A DNA stretch of 63,931 nucleotides, the filler included, from Reticulomyxa filosa (lineage: Eukaryota; Protista; Foraminifera): the NCBI GenBank assembly GCA_000512085.1. It is 19 parts of 19 records of this genome, joined end to end, with 100 filler letters (N's around TTAATTAATTAA, not from the genome) between each part and the next. Parts side by side here need not be neighbours in the genome. Positions count along the whole stretch, not along the records: positions 20,104 to 27,625 come from ASPP01006713.1; positions 27,726 to 31,746 come from ASPP01023504.1; positions 31,847 to 35,886 come from ASPP01022559.1; positions 35,987 to 37,024 come from ASPP01034001.1; 15 more parts are not named here. One strand, written 5' to 3'. The position numbers and the translations under genes are program-made. Position 1 is the first letter of the stretch, and every line of letters starts with the position of its first letter. Shown in pieces: positions 25,196 to 37,124 of this stretch. Below the pieces are notes generated by a model, which did not search any database, was not told where the DNA came from, and saw only the letters and a program-made list of their open reading frames with translations.

Positions 25196-26557
25196 ATGAA
25201 TAAAGAGACGTCAAAAATCAGCGAAGGCAACAAGTGGACAGAAAAAAGAGACGTGAAAAGCAGCAACGTGAGAATGGAGTGGAAAGAAGGAGAAGAGGAA
25301 GAATCAAATAGCATAAGGGCAATAAAGTTTTTGATTTTGGAGTAGGAAGACAAGAAGAAGAAGAAAAAGATCAAAAGATATTTGGAGTGTGTAGCAAGAA
25401 CCGAGTAACCATATACGAAATAAAAGAAGGAGGGAAAGTGTCAGTGATGAGTAGCTATGAAGACGAGGCATGGGACGAGGAATACGTATGTATGGAATGG
25501 AGTGTGGAAAAAAAGAGTTGTAGTCCATTGTTGCTTGTCGCAGGGCGTTTAGGTGTGATTAAGATATTGAATTGCCACAAGCAAGAATTGAAGCGCGCAT
25601 TGCAAGGACATGGAGGAATGATCAATGCCATTCAAAGACATGGATGGGATGACAGTATTCTTATATCATGTTCGAGCGACCTCTCTTGTCGAGTGTGGAA
25701 TATTGAAACCGGAGTATGTCTACTTATTTTAAGTGGCCAAGAAGGACATCGTGCACCGGTGCTCAGTTGCGACATACACTATTCCGGACTTTATATTGCT
25801 ACATGCGCCATGGATCATCAGATTAAAATCTGGCATGTTAAAGATATATTTGATTTAATTCAAAAATCTTATCAAGTCCCTGCTGATCATGAAAATGTCA
25901 AGTCTCGAAAACATCCTCACTATCATCACCTCCATCCTTTGGAAGAGGAGGAAAGCGAGAAGCAAAAAGAAAAGAGCAAAGAAGATACTTTTTCTACAAA
26001 AATGTTACAATTTCCCATTTTTAGCAAAAGGAAAATACATTATAATTATGTGGCTCACGTGCAATGGGTTGGTGATTGGATTTTTTCCAAGTCTTTTGAT
26101 AATACCATTCGTGTGTGGAAACCTGATCTCAATGATTGTGCAGTTTACTTCTTTGTGTATGTTTTATGTGTGTATATTTACATAATATGATATGTATTGC
26201 TATGTATAGAAATCAATAACTACATTTGCTGAATTAAAGTTCCCTGGAACTCCCACTGGTCTCTTGAAATTTCAAATGGATGTGCGGAAACAGTTTTTGA
26301 TCGCTTCTAATGGTGATGGCTCTATCTTTTTGTGGAATTTGAGTCACTTCTTTCAAAACTATAAATATAAGCTTCCCAAATCTCTTTCGCAGTCACAGCC
26401 ACAGTCACAGTTGCAACCACAATTATACCCTTTTACTATTCGTCTGTCTGGCTGTCCTTCCCCTATTCGTTCTCTTTCTATTCATCCTAACCTTCGCTTT
26501 CTTTTGGCTGGTACTGATCAAGGCCATTTATTTAATATTGAGCTGTCTTTTTCTTGA
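25196..26557 (+). CDS. EED: PRC2 WD40 subunit EED/ESC/FIE homolog
   Basis: NRVTIYE, PLLLVAGRLGVIKI, GHGGMIN, GQEGHR..VLS, CAMDHQIKIW, QFPIF..IHYNYV..VQWVGDWIFSKS..WKP. Intron 26143-26209. A one-base frameshift is needed at the T5 run 25328-25332. Confidence 0.88.
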
Positions 26558-27061
26558 TACAATTCCTTCATTATTTTTTAAAATTTTTTGAATTGACTAC
26601 GCACCAATCTTACACAAATTGTCATGCAAAACAGCTAGTCTTTGAAACAAAGAAAGGGGTAGTCCTTTTTACGCAGAGAATGTTTCTTAAAACTGTGAAA
26701 AGATTTAACAAATTAAATCTATAAGAAAAAGATATTGATTTATCCTTTTTAAGAAAGGGCGTTGGCTGAAACGTTGCAATTATCAAAATATTCATTATTG
26801 TTTTAAAAAAAATTCAAGTTAAATTAGTAAAAAACAAACCAAAGTGAAATATTTTGGAAACAGCTCCAAAGAATACTAATTTGTCGTAACTTTTAATTAC
26901 GAATATGCAAAAAAAGGCTTGTTTTAAGTGGCAAAAGATTTAAAAAGAGGAATTTCAACTTTTAAATATGAAATAGTATGCTGTTACTAATCCATATTGA
27001 AGATTTAAAACACTGAAAGCTACAAGGAATGCCGTTTGAGAAAAAAGATTTCTCTACACCA

Positions 27062-27625
27062 TCAACTGGTCGTGTCGTTTTCAAACAAAAAAACAGCTTT
27101 AACATCATTAATCACTCCAGTGCATTACTGCAATAACACATCACCGACCAACAATCCCTTTTTTCACACCACCCCCTTTCAAAAAAAAACTGTAAACGTA
27201 TACCTAATCCCATCCTTCAGTGCTGGTCTCCATTCCGTATTCTTTTCTAATTTCCATCAACCAGTCAGGAAACGCGAACACTTTGTCGTTGTCATAATTG
27301 ATCAATAATTCTTCACCTTCTTTAATATCTTGGAAGGCATAAGTTCCGATAGGATCTTTGCTGATATCAATATCATATTTTTTCTTTCCTTCTTCAACAG
27401 TTAAAGGAGTACCACAATTTGGCGATGTTCGTGAGCTGTGGATAACAAAAAAAAATAAATTATATCAAACAACGGTAAAAACATTGTGTGAATAAAAGAA
27501 AAAAATGCGAAATATCGTGTGAAACAAAACTGGTTAAAATAATGTGAATCATCAATTTCATACGCAAGGATAAATTGTTTTCCATCGTTGCCTGTATAAA
27601 GGTGGGATATGAATTCCATAACTTT
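27062..27625 (-). CDS. Small SET-domain methyltransferase, 5' partial
   Basis: After splicing reads YFNHSRTSPNC..YAFQDIKEGEELLINY (NHS..PN and GEEL.xY motifs). The last exon is uncertain. Confidence 0.82.
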
Positions 27626-27728
27626 NNNNNNNNNNNNNNNNNNNNNNNNNNNNNNNNNNNNNNNNNNNNTTAATTAATTAANNNNNNNNNNNNNNNNNNN
27701 NNNNNNNNNNNNNNNNNNNNNNNNNCAA

Positions 27729-27770
27729 CTAAATTAAATTAAATTAAATTAAATTAAATTAAATTAAATT
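27729..27770. repeat. (TAAAT)n pentamer microsatellite
   Basis: About 8 copies at the contig edge. Confidence 0.85.
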
Positions 27771-27789
27771 CAATGTAAAAAAAAAAGAA

Positions 27790-29528
27790 ACATTGTGGTT
27801 GTAGTGCTGGGAATTGGATTTGCGATGAGAAGCGTAATGAAGCGCAGGGAGATGAAAGGAATAAGAGCGCCGACTTGAGCGAGCAAAGCGGGCGGGATGA
27901 GTGGACGTGGGAACCGAAGAAGGAGTGACCGCAGTAGTGCGATCATTGTGATGGCCTTTCTCTTGTGACTTTGGTCCTCGTTGTCTATGGTCACGCTTGC
28001 GAGCTCTGCGTTTGGATTGAAGCATTGTCGTCGAAAATAGGCTTTCTGTGTTCCAAAATGCATTGGCTTTGATCGCAGAACACTGCATTGCACTCGAGTT
28101 CGCACTGTGTCTCACTGCGTCAACGGAAGGGGCCTTGTTTTCCTTCTCCTTTTCATTTGCATTTGCATTTACATTTGCATTTACATTTGTATTTGCAATG
28201 GATTCAATGTCTTTGTGTTCCTGCCTTTTGGACCGTCGTCGTTGTCGTCGCATTTGTAAAGGGGTATTCCAAAATATCTGGTCCACTGCTCCATTGCCAC
28301 CTTTCAGCTGCGTTTTATCTTTGCTATGCCCATTTCCATTATCTTTTCCATTGCCATTGCCATTGTCATTGGTCGTTGTCGCTTCTAATATTGTCTTTGG
28401 AGTAAGCGTCGGACCTCGCTCTGCTTGGTTGGGATGGAGTGGCTGATTCGAATGACTTGAATTGCTATTGCTATTGCCATTGCCATTTGCATTTGCATTT
28501 GCATTAACATTAGCATTTGCATTAACATTGACATTGGAATGGAAATTCAAAGTGAAATGCAAGCATCCATCGTCAGTATCTTCTTTGTAGTGGTCGCACA
28601 AGTATTCGATGTCTACTTCAAACACCAAACACCTCATTGCAAATTCGCTTTGCCCTTGCATTGTATCACTTCTTGCGTATCTTCTATTCCGTTCCATTTA
28701 TTTATTTATTTATTTATTTTGTTATTTTATTATTTTGTTATTTTGTTTCTATTTCTTATTCTTTTTCATTCCAATTGCACAAATGACGTTTTCGTTTTTG
28801 TTGCAAACTTGCAAAGTGCAAAAAGCGGCCGCATTGTAACGTACATGCATGTACGTTACAATGTAGGCCATAAAGGCTTGTGGTGTACGTTAGTTAGAAG
28901 TTCAACTCTCTTATGTATGACAAGCAAATACACATACACACACAAATAATAATAAATAAATATTAATCCGAATGAAACTGATAATAACCCAGCGATCTGT
29001 GATTTTCCATAATAACTGGAGACAGCAAGGGATGACTACTGTTTGTTGGAAAAACACTCGACGCGAGTGGTCTTGGATTTGCTGAGTCAGCAAAGAGCTG
29101 CGATCCATGGAATGTTTCTGTTGCTGCATTTGTCATTGTGGTTCGTACATTTTCTTTTTCTTTTTTATTTGTGTCGCTGTCATTTGTGGCTGTAGATGCC
29201 GCTGTGTTCTTAGAAATTGGCCAACACAGCAATTGAATGCTGCGAGCATGTAATGGCGGGTCACACGATTGAGCATAGCATTGTTTGATGAATGATATCT
29301 TGTCGTTTATAAAACATCGAGTGATCAAGTCTCCATTTGCAGTGTACACGTCACATGTTGCAACGGAGTGTACATGGCTTTATTTATTTGTTTGTTTGTT
29401 TGTTTATGTGGTCCGTTTCTTTTCGTTTCTTTGAAAAAGTTACGTGTACTGTTTAAGAAATTAAACAAGTTAAAAAAAAAAAATCACTCGATACAAGCTG
29501 GAGCGTGAAGACAGTTTACATTCCCCAT
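27790..29528 (-). CDS. Unknown protein with predicted N-myristoylation (MGNVNC), 3' partial
   Basis: A 41-nt first exon (29528-29488) splices in phase to DHVHSVATCDVYTANGDL. Later exons carry N/A/G low-complexity tracts. Confidence 0.65.
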
Positions 29529-30203
29529 TATCGTTCCGAACCCAAAAGTCAAACAATTTACAAATCAATGTTTATCGGATCTGGCCTTGGAAAGAGAATC
29601 AGAGCCCAATTGGATTTCCATTTTTTGTTACAAAAAACTTAAAGTTTTTTGGTTAACCAGAAAACTGTAGCAGTGACGCTAGTTTGCAATTTCAAATTAA
29701 TAGTAAAACCATATTGCTTTCATAAAAGATGTTAGTAAAATGTATTCCTAAAAAAACAGTGTAAGAGGAAAAGATTATTTCAAATAAGAACTTTTATGTT
29801 GTTAATTTCATTTACTTGTTTACATTTGTTTAACTTCTTTATTATTATTATTATTTTTGACAGGGAGTCCTTTAATTGGTTAAGCGAATTTCATAAAATT
29901 GTTCACAGAGTAAAATTATTTTTAAAACTTAAATTAGGCTTTTGAACATTTTACACGAAACTTCATTACTAATTTAAGTTATTGCATACACAAAAGCTAA
30001 TTGAATATTGTTTCTTTCTTATTTCGGCAGGTCTCGCTCACTCAAAAGGAAATGGAACTCATAATAAGATTAAAATCAAGTGCGTGTTCAAAAAATCAGA
30101 CAAATAAAAAGAAGTTGTTAGTATTTGCAAAAATTAAGTGCTTTGCAGAGCATGAAAACTCAATCGAACCATAGGAGTCTTTGGGAAAGAAGAAAAAGTT
30201 GTA

Positions 30204-31700
30204 ATGGTGAACTTCTGCGCCGGTCTGGCAGCATTTGTAAAAAAGGTGGTAGCAACGATTGCGCAGAAAACAATTCCAAAGTTACTTCGCGCTTCGTCGT
30301 TTGGCTCCAGGCTGCCTTCCGTGAAAGAAGCAGACGAACATGGAAGTGAAGATGAAATACAATCCATGAAAAAGGAGGAGTTGCTGAACAATAGCAATGA
30401 TTGTTCTTCTTCAGAGTCCTTTAAACTCTGGGACTCTCACTCACACCTGATGTCAAACACGACCAAAAAAACAAAGAATCTGCATGCAAAGCAAAATAAC
30501 GCACCTATTATAACAACCAACAACCAAACATTGCCGACAAAATTTAGACAACTCAGCGTCCCACTGACACATTCTACGAGCATGTTGTATCAGAATTTTA
30601 AGATTGGAAAATTCTTAGGGGCAGGGGGGTTTGGCAAAGTGATGCAAGCCACCAGCATCATTGACCAATCAACATATGCAATAAAGATCATTCCATTTTC
30701 ATTGAATTTTGCTAGTAAACAGCCTTTTAAACATGGAGTAGAAGTTTAAGCAACAAAAAAAGCATGTACACATGCAAACACATTTCATTTTTTTTTGAGT
30801 CGTTGCATTTACGGTTTCAGACGTGTTTTGATTGTCCCTTTTTTTTTTTGGATAGTGTTTACGAGAAGCCCAAAGCATGGCAAAGATGTCACCACATCCC
30901 AATGTGGTACGATATTTTACAGCATGGACAGAACGAATGGCAGATGAACTGCAACAATTTGTTGAAGATCTTCCAACAGTGGAATCAACGACAGTGACAA
31001 CAAAAACAATGCAAGAGCAGCGTTACCATTGTCCTCACAATGAATTCGATACTGTGTCGCAATTGGCCAATGAAGATATTTTGGACACAATTTGTACAGA
31101 AAGCACACTGTCCAAGGAGGATACCAGCTCCGTTTTTTTTTTCTCAAAAAAACAAACGACTCTTTTTTTTTTCAAAAAATAAATAAATAAAAAAATTAAA
31201 CAGTAAAAGGAGGCTGTGACACGATACATTCTCAATCGGGTATAGTTGAAAACTCAAACTTGAACAGCGTGATTGAGGACAACGGAAATGAGAATCCTCA
31301 ATTATGTGACAGCAATTTATTATATTGCATGAATTCGCAAAGACCTATTCGCAGTAGTCAAAGCAGCGAACAAAGCAACAGACAAACAATCCAAGCAAAG
31401 TATTACAGCCATGTGCTAATCATCCAAATGGAAATGTGCGACAAAGGCACGTTGAAAGACTGGCTCCAAAATAGGACTCAAGTCAACAAGAAAAAGTCTT
31501 GGGAGATACTTTACCAAATTGTGCAAGGCTTGCACCACATTCACTCCAGCAATGTACTGCATCGCGATATCAAACCCGAAAACGTCTTTTTAAGTGCCAA
31601 TAACTCGGTCAAACTAGGTGACTTTGGCCTCAGTGTCCCCAACCATAACTGCAAAGAGGATTGCAATGACGAGAGTTGGCCTGAGACTACAAAATGTATA
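30204..31700 (+). CDS. eIF2-alpha kinase family protein (HRI/PERK/GCN2-like), 3' partial
   Basis: LGAGGFGKV..YAIKII, VLREA..HPNVVRYFTAWTE, a long kinase insert, LIIQMEMCDKGTL, HRDIKPEN, DFGL. Confidence 0.9.
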
Positions 31701-31846
31701 CGTATACTTTACTTATGGCTCCATATTTTTATACATATACGTATACNNNNNNNNNNNNNNNNNNNNNNNNNNNNNNNNNNNNNNNNNNNNTTAATTAATT
31801 AANNNNNNNNNNNNNNNNNNNNNNNNNNNNNNNNNNNNNNNNNNNN

Positions 31847-34800
31847 ACAATGAAGGCAATGATGACAATGAAGATAAGAATGAAAATGAGAATAACGAAA
31901 ACGATAACAACACGAACAAAGAAATAGCCAAAGTGAGCCCCATCAAACCCAAAAGTGGCAAAAAAAAGAAGCGACCATTTAACGACAAAAGAATTAAATT
32001 GCGATTGCATGACTTTGACACTGACGAAGACGATAACGAAAGTGGAACGGCAGTCCAGCAGTTTATGTATGAGAACATTTTGAAGGGCTTGCTAGCCCAT
32101 CTACGAGGCATCAAAAAGGCAATTACCGAGGAAAACGTAGAAGTGCTATCCAGAATATGCAAGACTGTGATCTTCATTGCCAAGTTTTTGCCCGAAGCTA
32201 ATTTCGAAGATGTGTTCTTAACCGCAGTCCATATCACCTGTGGAATTTTGCAATCCAAAATTCCTATTCGCAGAGTTGACTACAAATAAATGCATTCTAT
32301 TCTATACATAAATGTATATATTTATTTATTTATTTATTTATATGAAATTAGGAAAAAGCAAGACATACATTGTCCGAAATACTCGCCTCTGTGGGTCCGA
32401 AATTCTTTCAATACGTGGTCGAGGCGATCAAGTCTCGGACAGTTTGGGGACGATACCAACACGTGTTGGGTTATACGATTGCAGCATTGCTTGAGAAAAT
32501 GCGAGACAATCACGCGATCGAGCAGGGGTCGTTGGACCACGCCACGATTTTGGTGACAAATATAATGCTGCAGGACATTGCAGGACAAGTGGGCGCGGAA
32601 AAGATATTGGAGAAGCGACGAAACCGCGGTATAGAGACGAGTGATTCCAAGGCCCCCGAAGTGTTTGAGATCCTGGGGCAATTTGTGACGTTCAATCCGC
32701 ACATACACTTGATGTTGCATCCAATTGCGTTGTTTACCACACGTGCCAATGAGCAGTCGGACTGGCGTTTGGAGAAGATGTCGCTGGTGTTGACCGCGTG
32801 TAAAGAGGGGATATTGCGAAACAGGAGTGTCAAGTGTGAGGACTTGCTTTCGTTCATCCATCGCATGATCTCCGAGCAATTGGACGTGGTGACCGAAGGA
32901 CAAGATACGTTGACGCGCGAAGAGTTGATTGATACTGAGTCTAAACGTCGCATTAAAAGCTATGGCGAAAACGTGTTTTTAATGGATAGTGGCAACCGAG
33001 CCAATGTGGAGGCAGCCACGTCGTCGCCCAAGCCATGGGCCCTTTTATTGATCAAATTTGGCATGGAGCTGTTGTTGCGTGCATTAAAAAAGTCATTTTG
33101 GCGATCATCGTTTTTGTCATTGAAACCGCAATTGAACCTGTTTTGTGATTTGGGCATTCGCATCTTCAACGACTGTCCGTCCGAAGAAATGCACACGTAC
33201 GTGCTGAAGCTATGCAAACATTTGTGTTTATTTAATCTCCCCAATTATCACAAATTCGGCAAGGTGGTCAACGACTACTGTCTGGAAGCGCTCACCCGTA
33301 CCAATCGAATCATGAAAGACACCAGTTTGCAGTTGCTCGCCATGATGTGCAAACATAAGCATCTGCAACTCACCGATCAAATGTTGGACTGCATTTTGAA
33401 TTACATGAAAGAGCACCTGCATAATAACGTCTGGCCAAGAGGGGCCATCTATTTGTTGCGAGTCCTGGTTTCGCAGCAGTGCATGTCTCCAAAGATTTAC
33501 GATTTGATGTATCAATTGCACAATGAAATGAATTTGTTGCAGTCCAATTTGTTGACTTATCATTACAGGTATGGTTGTTTTGTTTTTTTGTTTGTTTTTT
33601 TTTTTACTTTGTTTTTTTCAAACCGACAAAGATTTGTAATTGTCAATAAAACATATTATATACTTTTTTCATACGTATACATATGTATGTATGTATGTAT
33701 GTATAGTCGTATATTAATGGACTTCTTGCTGCATTATCCTTTGAAAGACAACGGAGTCAAAAAACACTTGACAAAATGCGTGCAGAATTTGCAACACCCT
33801 TATTTGAATGGACGCATTTGTGCATTGAAGCTGCTGCAGTCCGTGCTGAACAAATTTCCAACGGAAGTGATTGAGGTATACGCTTTAGTGTTTTTCGTCT
33901 CGCTAGTGCAGATGCTGGCAAACGAGACGGAAGGACAATGCAAGGAGCAGGTGATCAAAGTGCTGGCGACGTTGCTGAATCGATGCAGCGATGACCTCTT
34001 TTCGCAGATGTTTGTCATGTGCGAAGAGTGGATTTCCAAGACCAATAAAAGTAAGACCATCAAGAGCTCCCGAAATATGTCTGTGAATCGACGCTTGCAA
34101 ATCGCGGCCATGCAAAGCAGCATTGCGTTCATCATGCAGAACAAACACGAGTGGACCCCGCACAACTATCGCTCGCTATTGAGAACCATTCGTCGCGAGG
34201 GCATTCAATTGCTGCTGCAACGACACGAAAGTGTGATCAAAGTCGATGACTACGGCACCAATCCGACGTGGAAGTTGGGCTATTTGGCATGCGTCATTGC
34301 TGAAAAAGTGTTCAAAAAGTTCCAAAAGACTGCGCCCGATGTCCTTTTCAATGAAGAGCTATGCAAAGATATTTTCCGCGATTGCATGCGTTTGCTCCTC
34401 TTCCCACACCGTTGGATCCGATATCAGGTGTCGCGAATGTTGGGTTGGTATTTGGGGGTAATTGGGTTGGACGCGATTCTTCCGGAAAATTCTGATGCTG
34501 CTGTGCAACAGTCAGGGCAATTGATGAAATGGATGGAAATCAACAACGAAGACAAGCTGTATAATTTGGCGTGTCAATGCTGTGAAATTTTGTCAGACAG
34601 CGGCATCAACGAGTCGTTGTGCGAGCAAGTCGTGAAGATCCTCTTGTTCATCACCTTGAGCTTGCATCGACGATACCTGAGAGAGCAGGACTCGGAACAC
34701 TCTTTGCATACGTTGCAGTGGATCGAGGCCGCCAAAAAGACGCAACAACAGCAATACGACGAACAAAAGCATGGTCAATTGGCAGTCGATGCAAACAAAG

Positions 34801-35808
34801 ATAAGCAAAGTCAAGGAGAAGATGCAAACGACAAACAAGAAAAAGAAGAAAAAGAAGAAAAAGAAGAAGAAGAAGAAGAAGAAGAAGAAGAAGAAGAAGA
34901 GAAGGAAGAAGAAAAACAGCAACAACAAAAAAGTGAATGGCTGGGAGAGTTTACTTATTTGATAGATGAAAACATGAACGGCAAGGAAGAGACAGCCAAG
35001 GAGAAGAAGGAAGACGAAAAAATGGAAGAGTGGCTGGAAGACGACGATGACAACGAACATGCATCTGTGGGTGAACACAATGCTGCACGTGCATCGAATA
35101 CAGGCGGTGATAACAAAACGACCACGAAACGAAACTTGAAAGAGATGGAGGTACATGACACTGATGCCGCCGATGCGAATGCGGGACAAACGCAAGCTGC
35201 CTCCTCCTCCTCCTCCTCCTCTTTGCTTTCGACATCCACTCTGAAGCTGATGCAAAATCCGAACGAGTTTGACATAGCCTATGCCAATTGGAGAGTGAAT
35301 AAGATCTTTGCTTTCATGTGCGATCGTTTGCAGAATATCAAATTTCGAGGCAGAAATTGGGTGCTGAACGATTCCAATTTGACAATCCAATATTTATTGC
35401 TGGAATGGTTTGGGGCCATAACCATGAAATTCAATTCCAAGGATGCGAGGTTGTACGACTATTATATCCTCGACGTTATTGTCTTCATTTTGGATCGTGA
35501 CGATCCTCGTCGCATTTTGCAGTTCAAAGAGAGAATGCGTGAAATCGACGGCAAACTCCCCATTGAAAGGACGCAGCAGCAGCTCCATGCTATCGCGCAA
35601 TACTGTTTGCTTTATCCGCTTTACTCTTTTGCTATCCGTCCCTTTCCAATCACACACAATACATACACATATACACACATATACATACGCATTACATGAT
35701 AACAACAGTAAAAGGCAAAAAACTGGCCAATGAAATAACCGAAATGCTGCGCAAAAAAATTGGCGATTCTGAATTTTTAAAGAAATTTTACAATCACCAA
35801 CAATACTA
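31847..35808 (+). CDS. UTP20: U3 snoRNP/SSU processome protein UTP20, C-terminal region
   Basis: ARHTL..VGPKFF..YQHVLGYT, LMDFLLHYPL, FFVSLVQMLANE..CK, LLFPHRWIR..RMLG and LANEI..LRKKIG resemble the UTP20 C-terminal HEAT region. An in-frame intron ~33569-33706 lies inside the 1109-aa ORF. Confidence 0.85.
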
Positions 35809-35999
35809 TGTATGTTGCTTTTCCTTTTCGCTTCTAACTTCTCTTTCTCTTTCTCTTTTACGCAATTGTTTGTTCTTGAAGCTTTGNNNNNNNNNNNNNN
35901 NNNNNNNNNNNNNNNNNNNNNNNNNNNNNNTTAATTAATTAANNNNNNNNNNNNNNNNNNNNNNNNNNNNNNNNNNNNNNNNNNNNTTTTATTTGTTCG

Positions 36000-36249
36000 T
36001 GATTTTTGGATTTTAAATTACATAAGGCACAGAATTTGAATATCCATTGAATGATTGAATTTTTTTTTGTTGCCAACATTTTGCATGCGAACTGTTTTAT
36101 TATTTGATTTGATTAGTATTTAAAAAAGAAAAAACAAATGGACTAGCATAATTGACAACAAATTTATCGAACTCTTTGATCCATCATAATTTAATGTTTA
36201 ATGTTCAAATCCAATAATGAATAATGATTTGGATTTCTTCTTCTTTTGA
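36000..36249 (-). pseudogene. GWI-cassette/WD40 pseudogene remnant
   Basis: EEEIQIIIHYWI*TLNIKL*WIKEFDKFVVNYA with two stops, followed by traces of a WD repeat. Confidence 0.7.
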
Positions 36250-37124
36250 CTGTTTTAATCATAAAGCAAAATGAGGAAAACAATAAAAAGAAAACAATTT
36301 AAACGAAACTTTCATTACTAAGCTATTAATTTTTTTTTTTTTTGAGATAATATTTGATGCAAAGAAGATGAAAAAGCTTTTCAACTTTTTTTTTAAGATC
36401 ACGAAGGTCAATAAAAAATTCTTTTATTTAATAAATATAAACTTTGTATGAAAAATGAGTGTTTTATTTTGTAGAGTATTAACATCCATTACTTATATAT
36501 ACACACTAATATAGAAAAGATTTCTTTTTTGTCATTGCAAACAATCAACAAACCTTAAACTATACAAAGAGAATATGAGTATAGTTGATAAAAGAAAATG
36601 AAGGAGTTAACCAAAATTTTTTTTATTTTACTCAAAATTATAGGAAATAAGTAACTGGAATGCACAAGAACGTATGATTGAATATGAAGTACTACTTTTA
36701 AAAACTCATTCCAAACAATTCATACCAACAGTTTACATGTCATTTTTAGATTAAATCATTGAGTTTAGAGTCATTCTTTGCCCAAAGAGTTTTCTTCAAA
36801 ATTACTTTTTTTGCAAATATGCGATTAGTCCATAAATATGTTCAAGAAAAAACTATTAATGATTTTATCTCAATTTGATGAACAATAAAAATAGATAATT
36901 TTCTATTATACTCTTTATAATCACCAGTATCTCAGGAACGTTTTTCCTTTCAAATGTAATTCTACTGTAAATTTTTGTAATATGTTACATGTACTACCAG
37001 ATAATGTACAATATAAACAACTATNNNNNNNNNNNNNNNNNNNNNNNNNNNNNNNNNNNNNNNNNNNNTTAATTAATTAANNNNNNNNNNNNNNNNNNNN
37101 NNNNNNNNNNNNNNNNNNNNNNNN

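Noticed and set aside
27729-27770. (TAAAT)n and (TATAAA)n at contig ends as telomeres
   Set aside because: Intronic microsatellites where the assembly broke; no G-rich strand.
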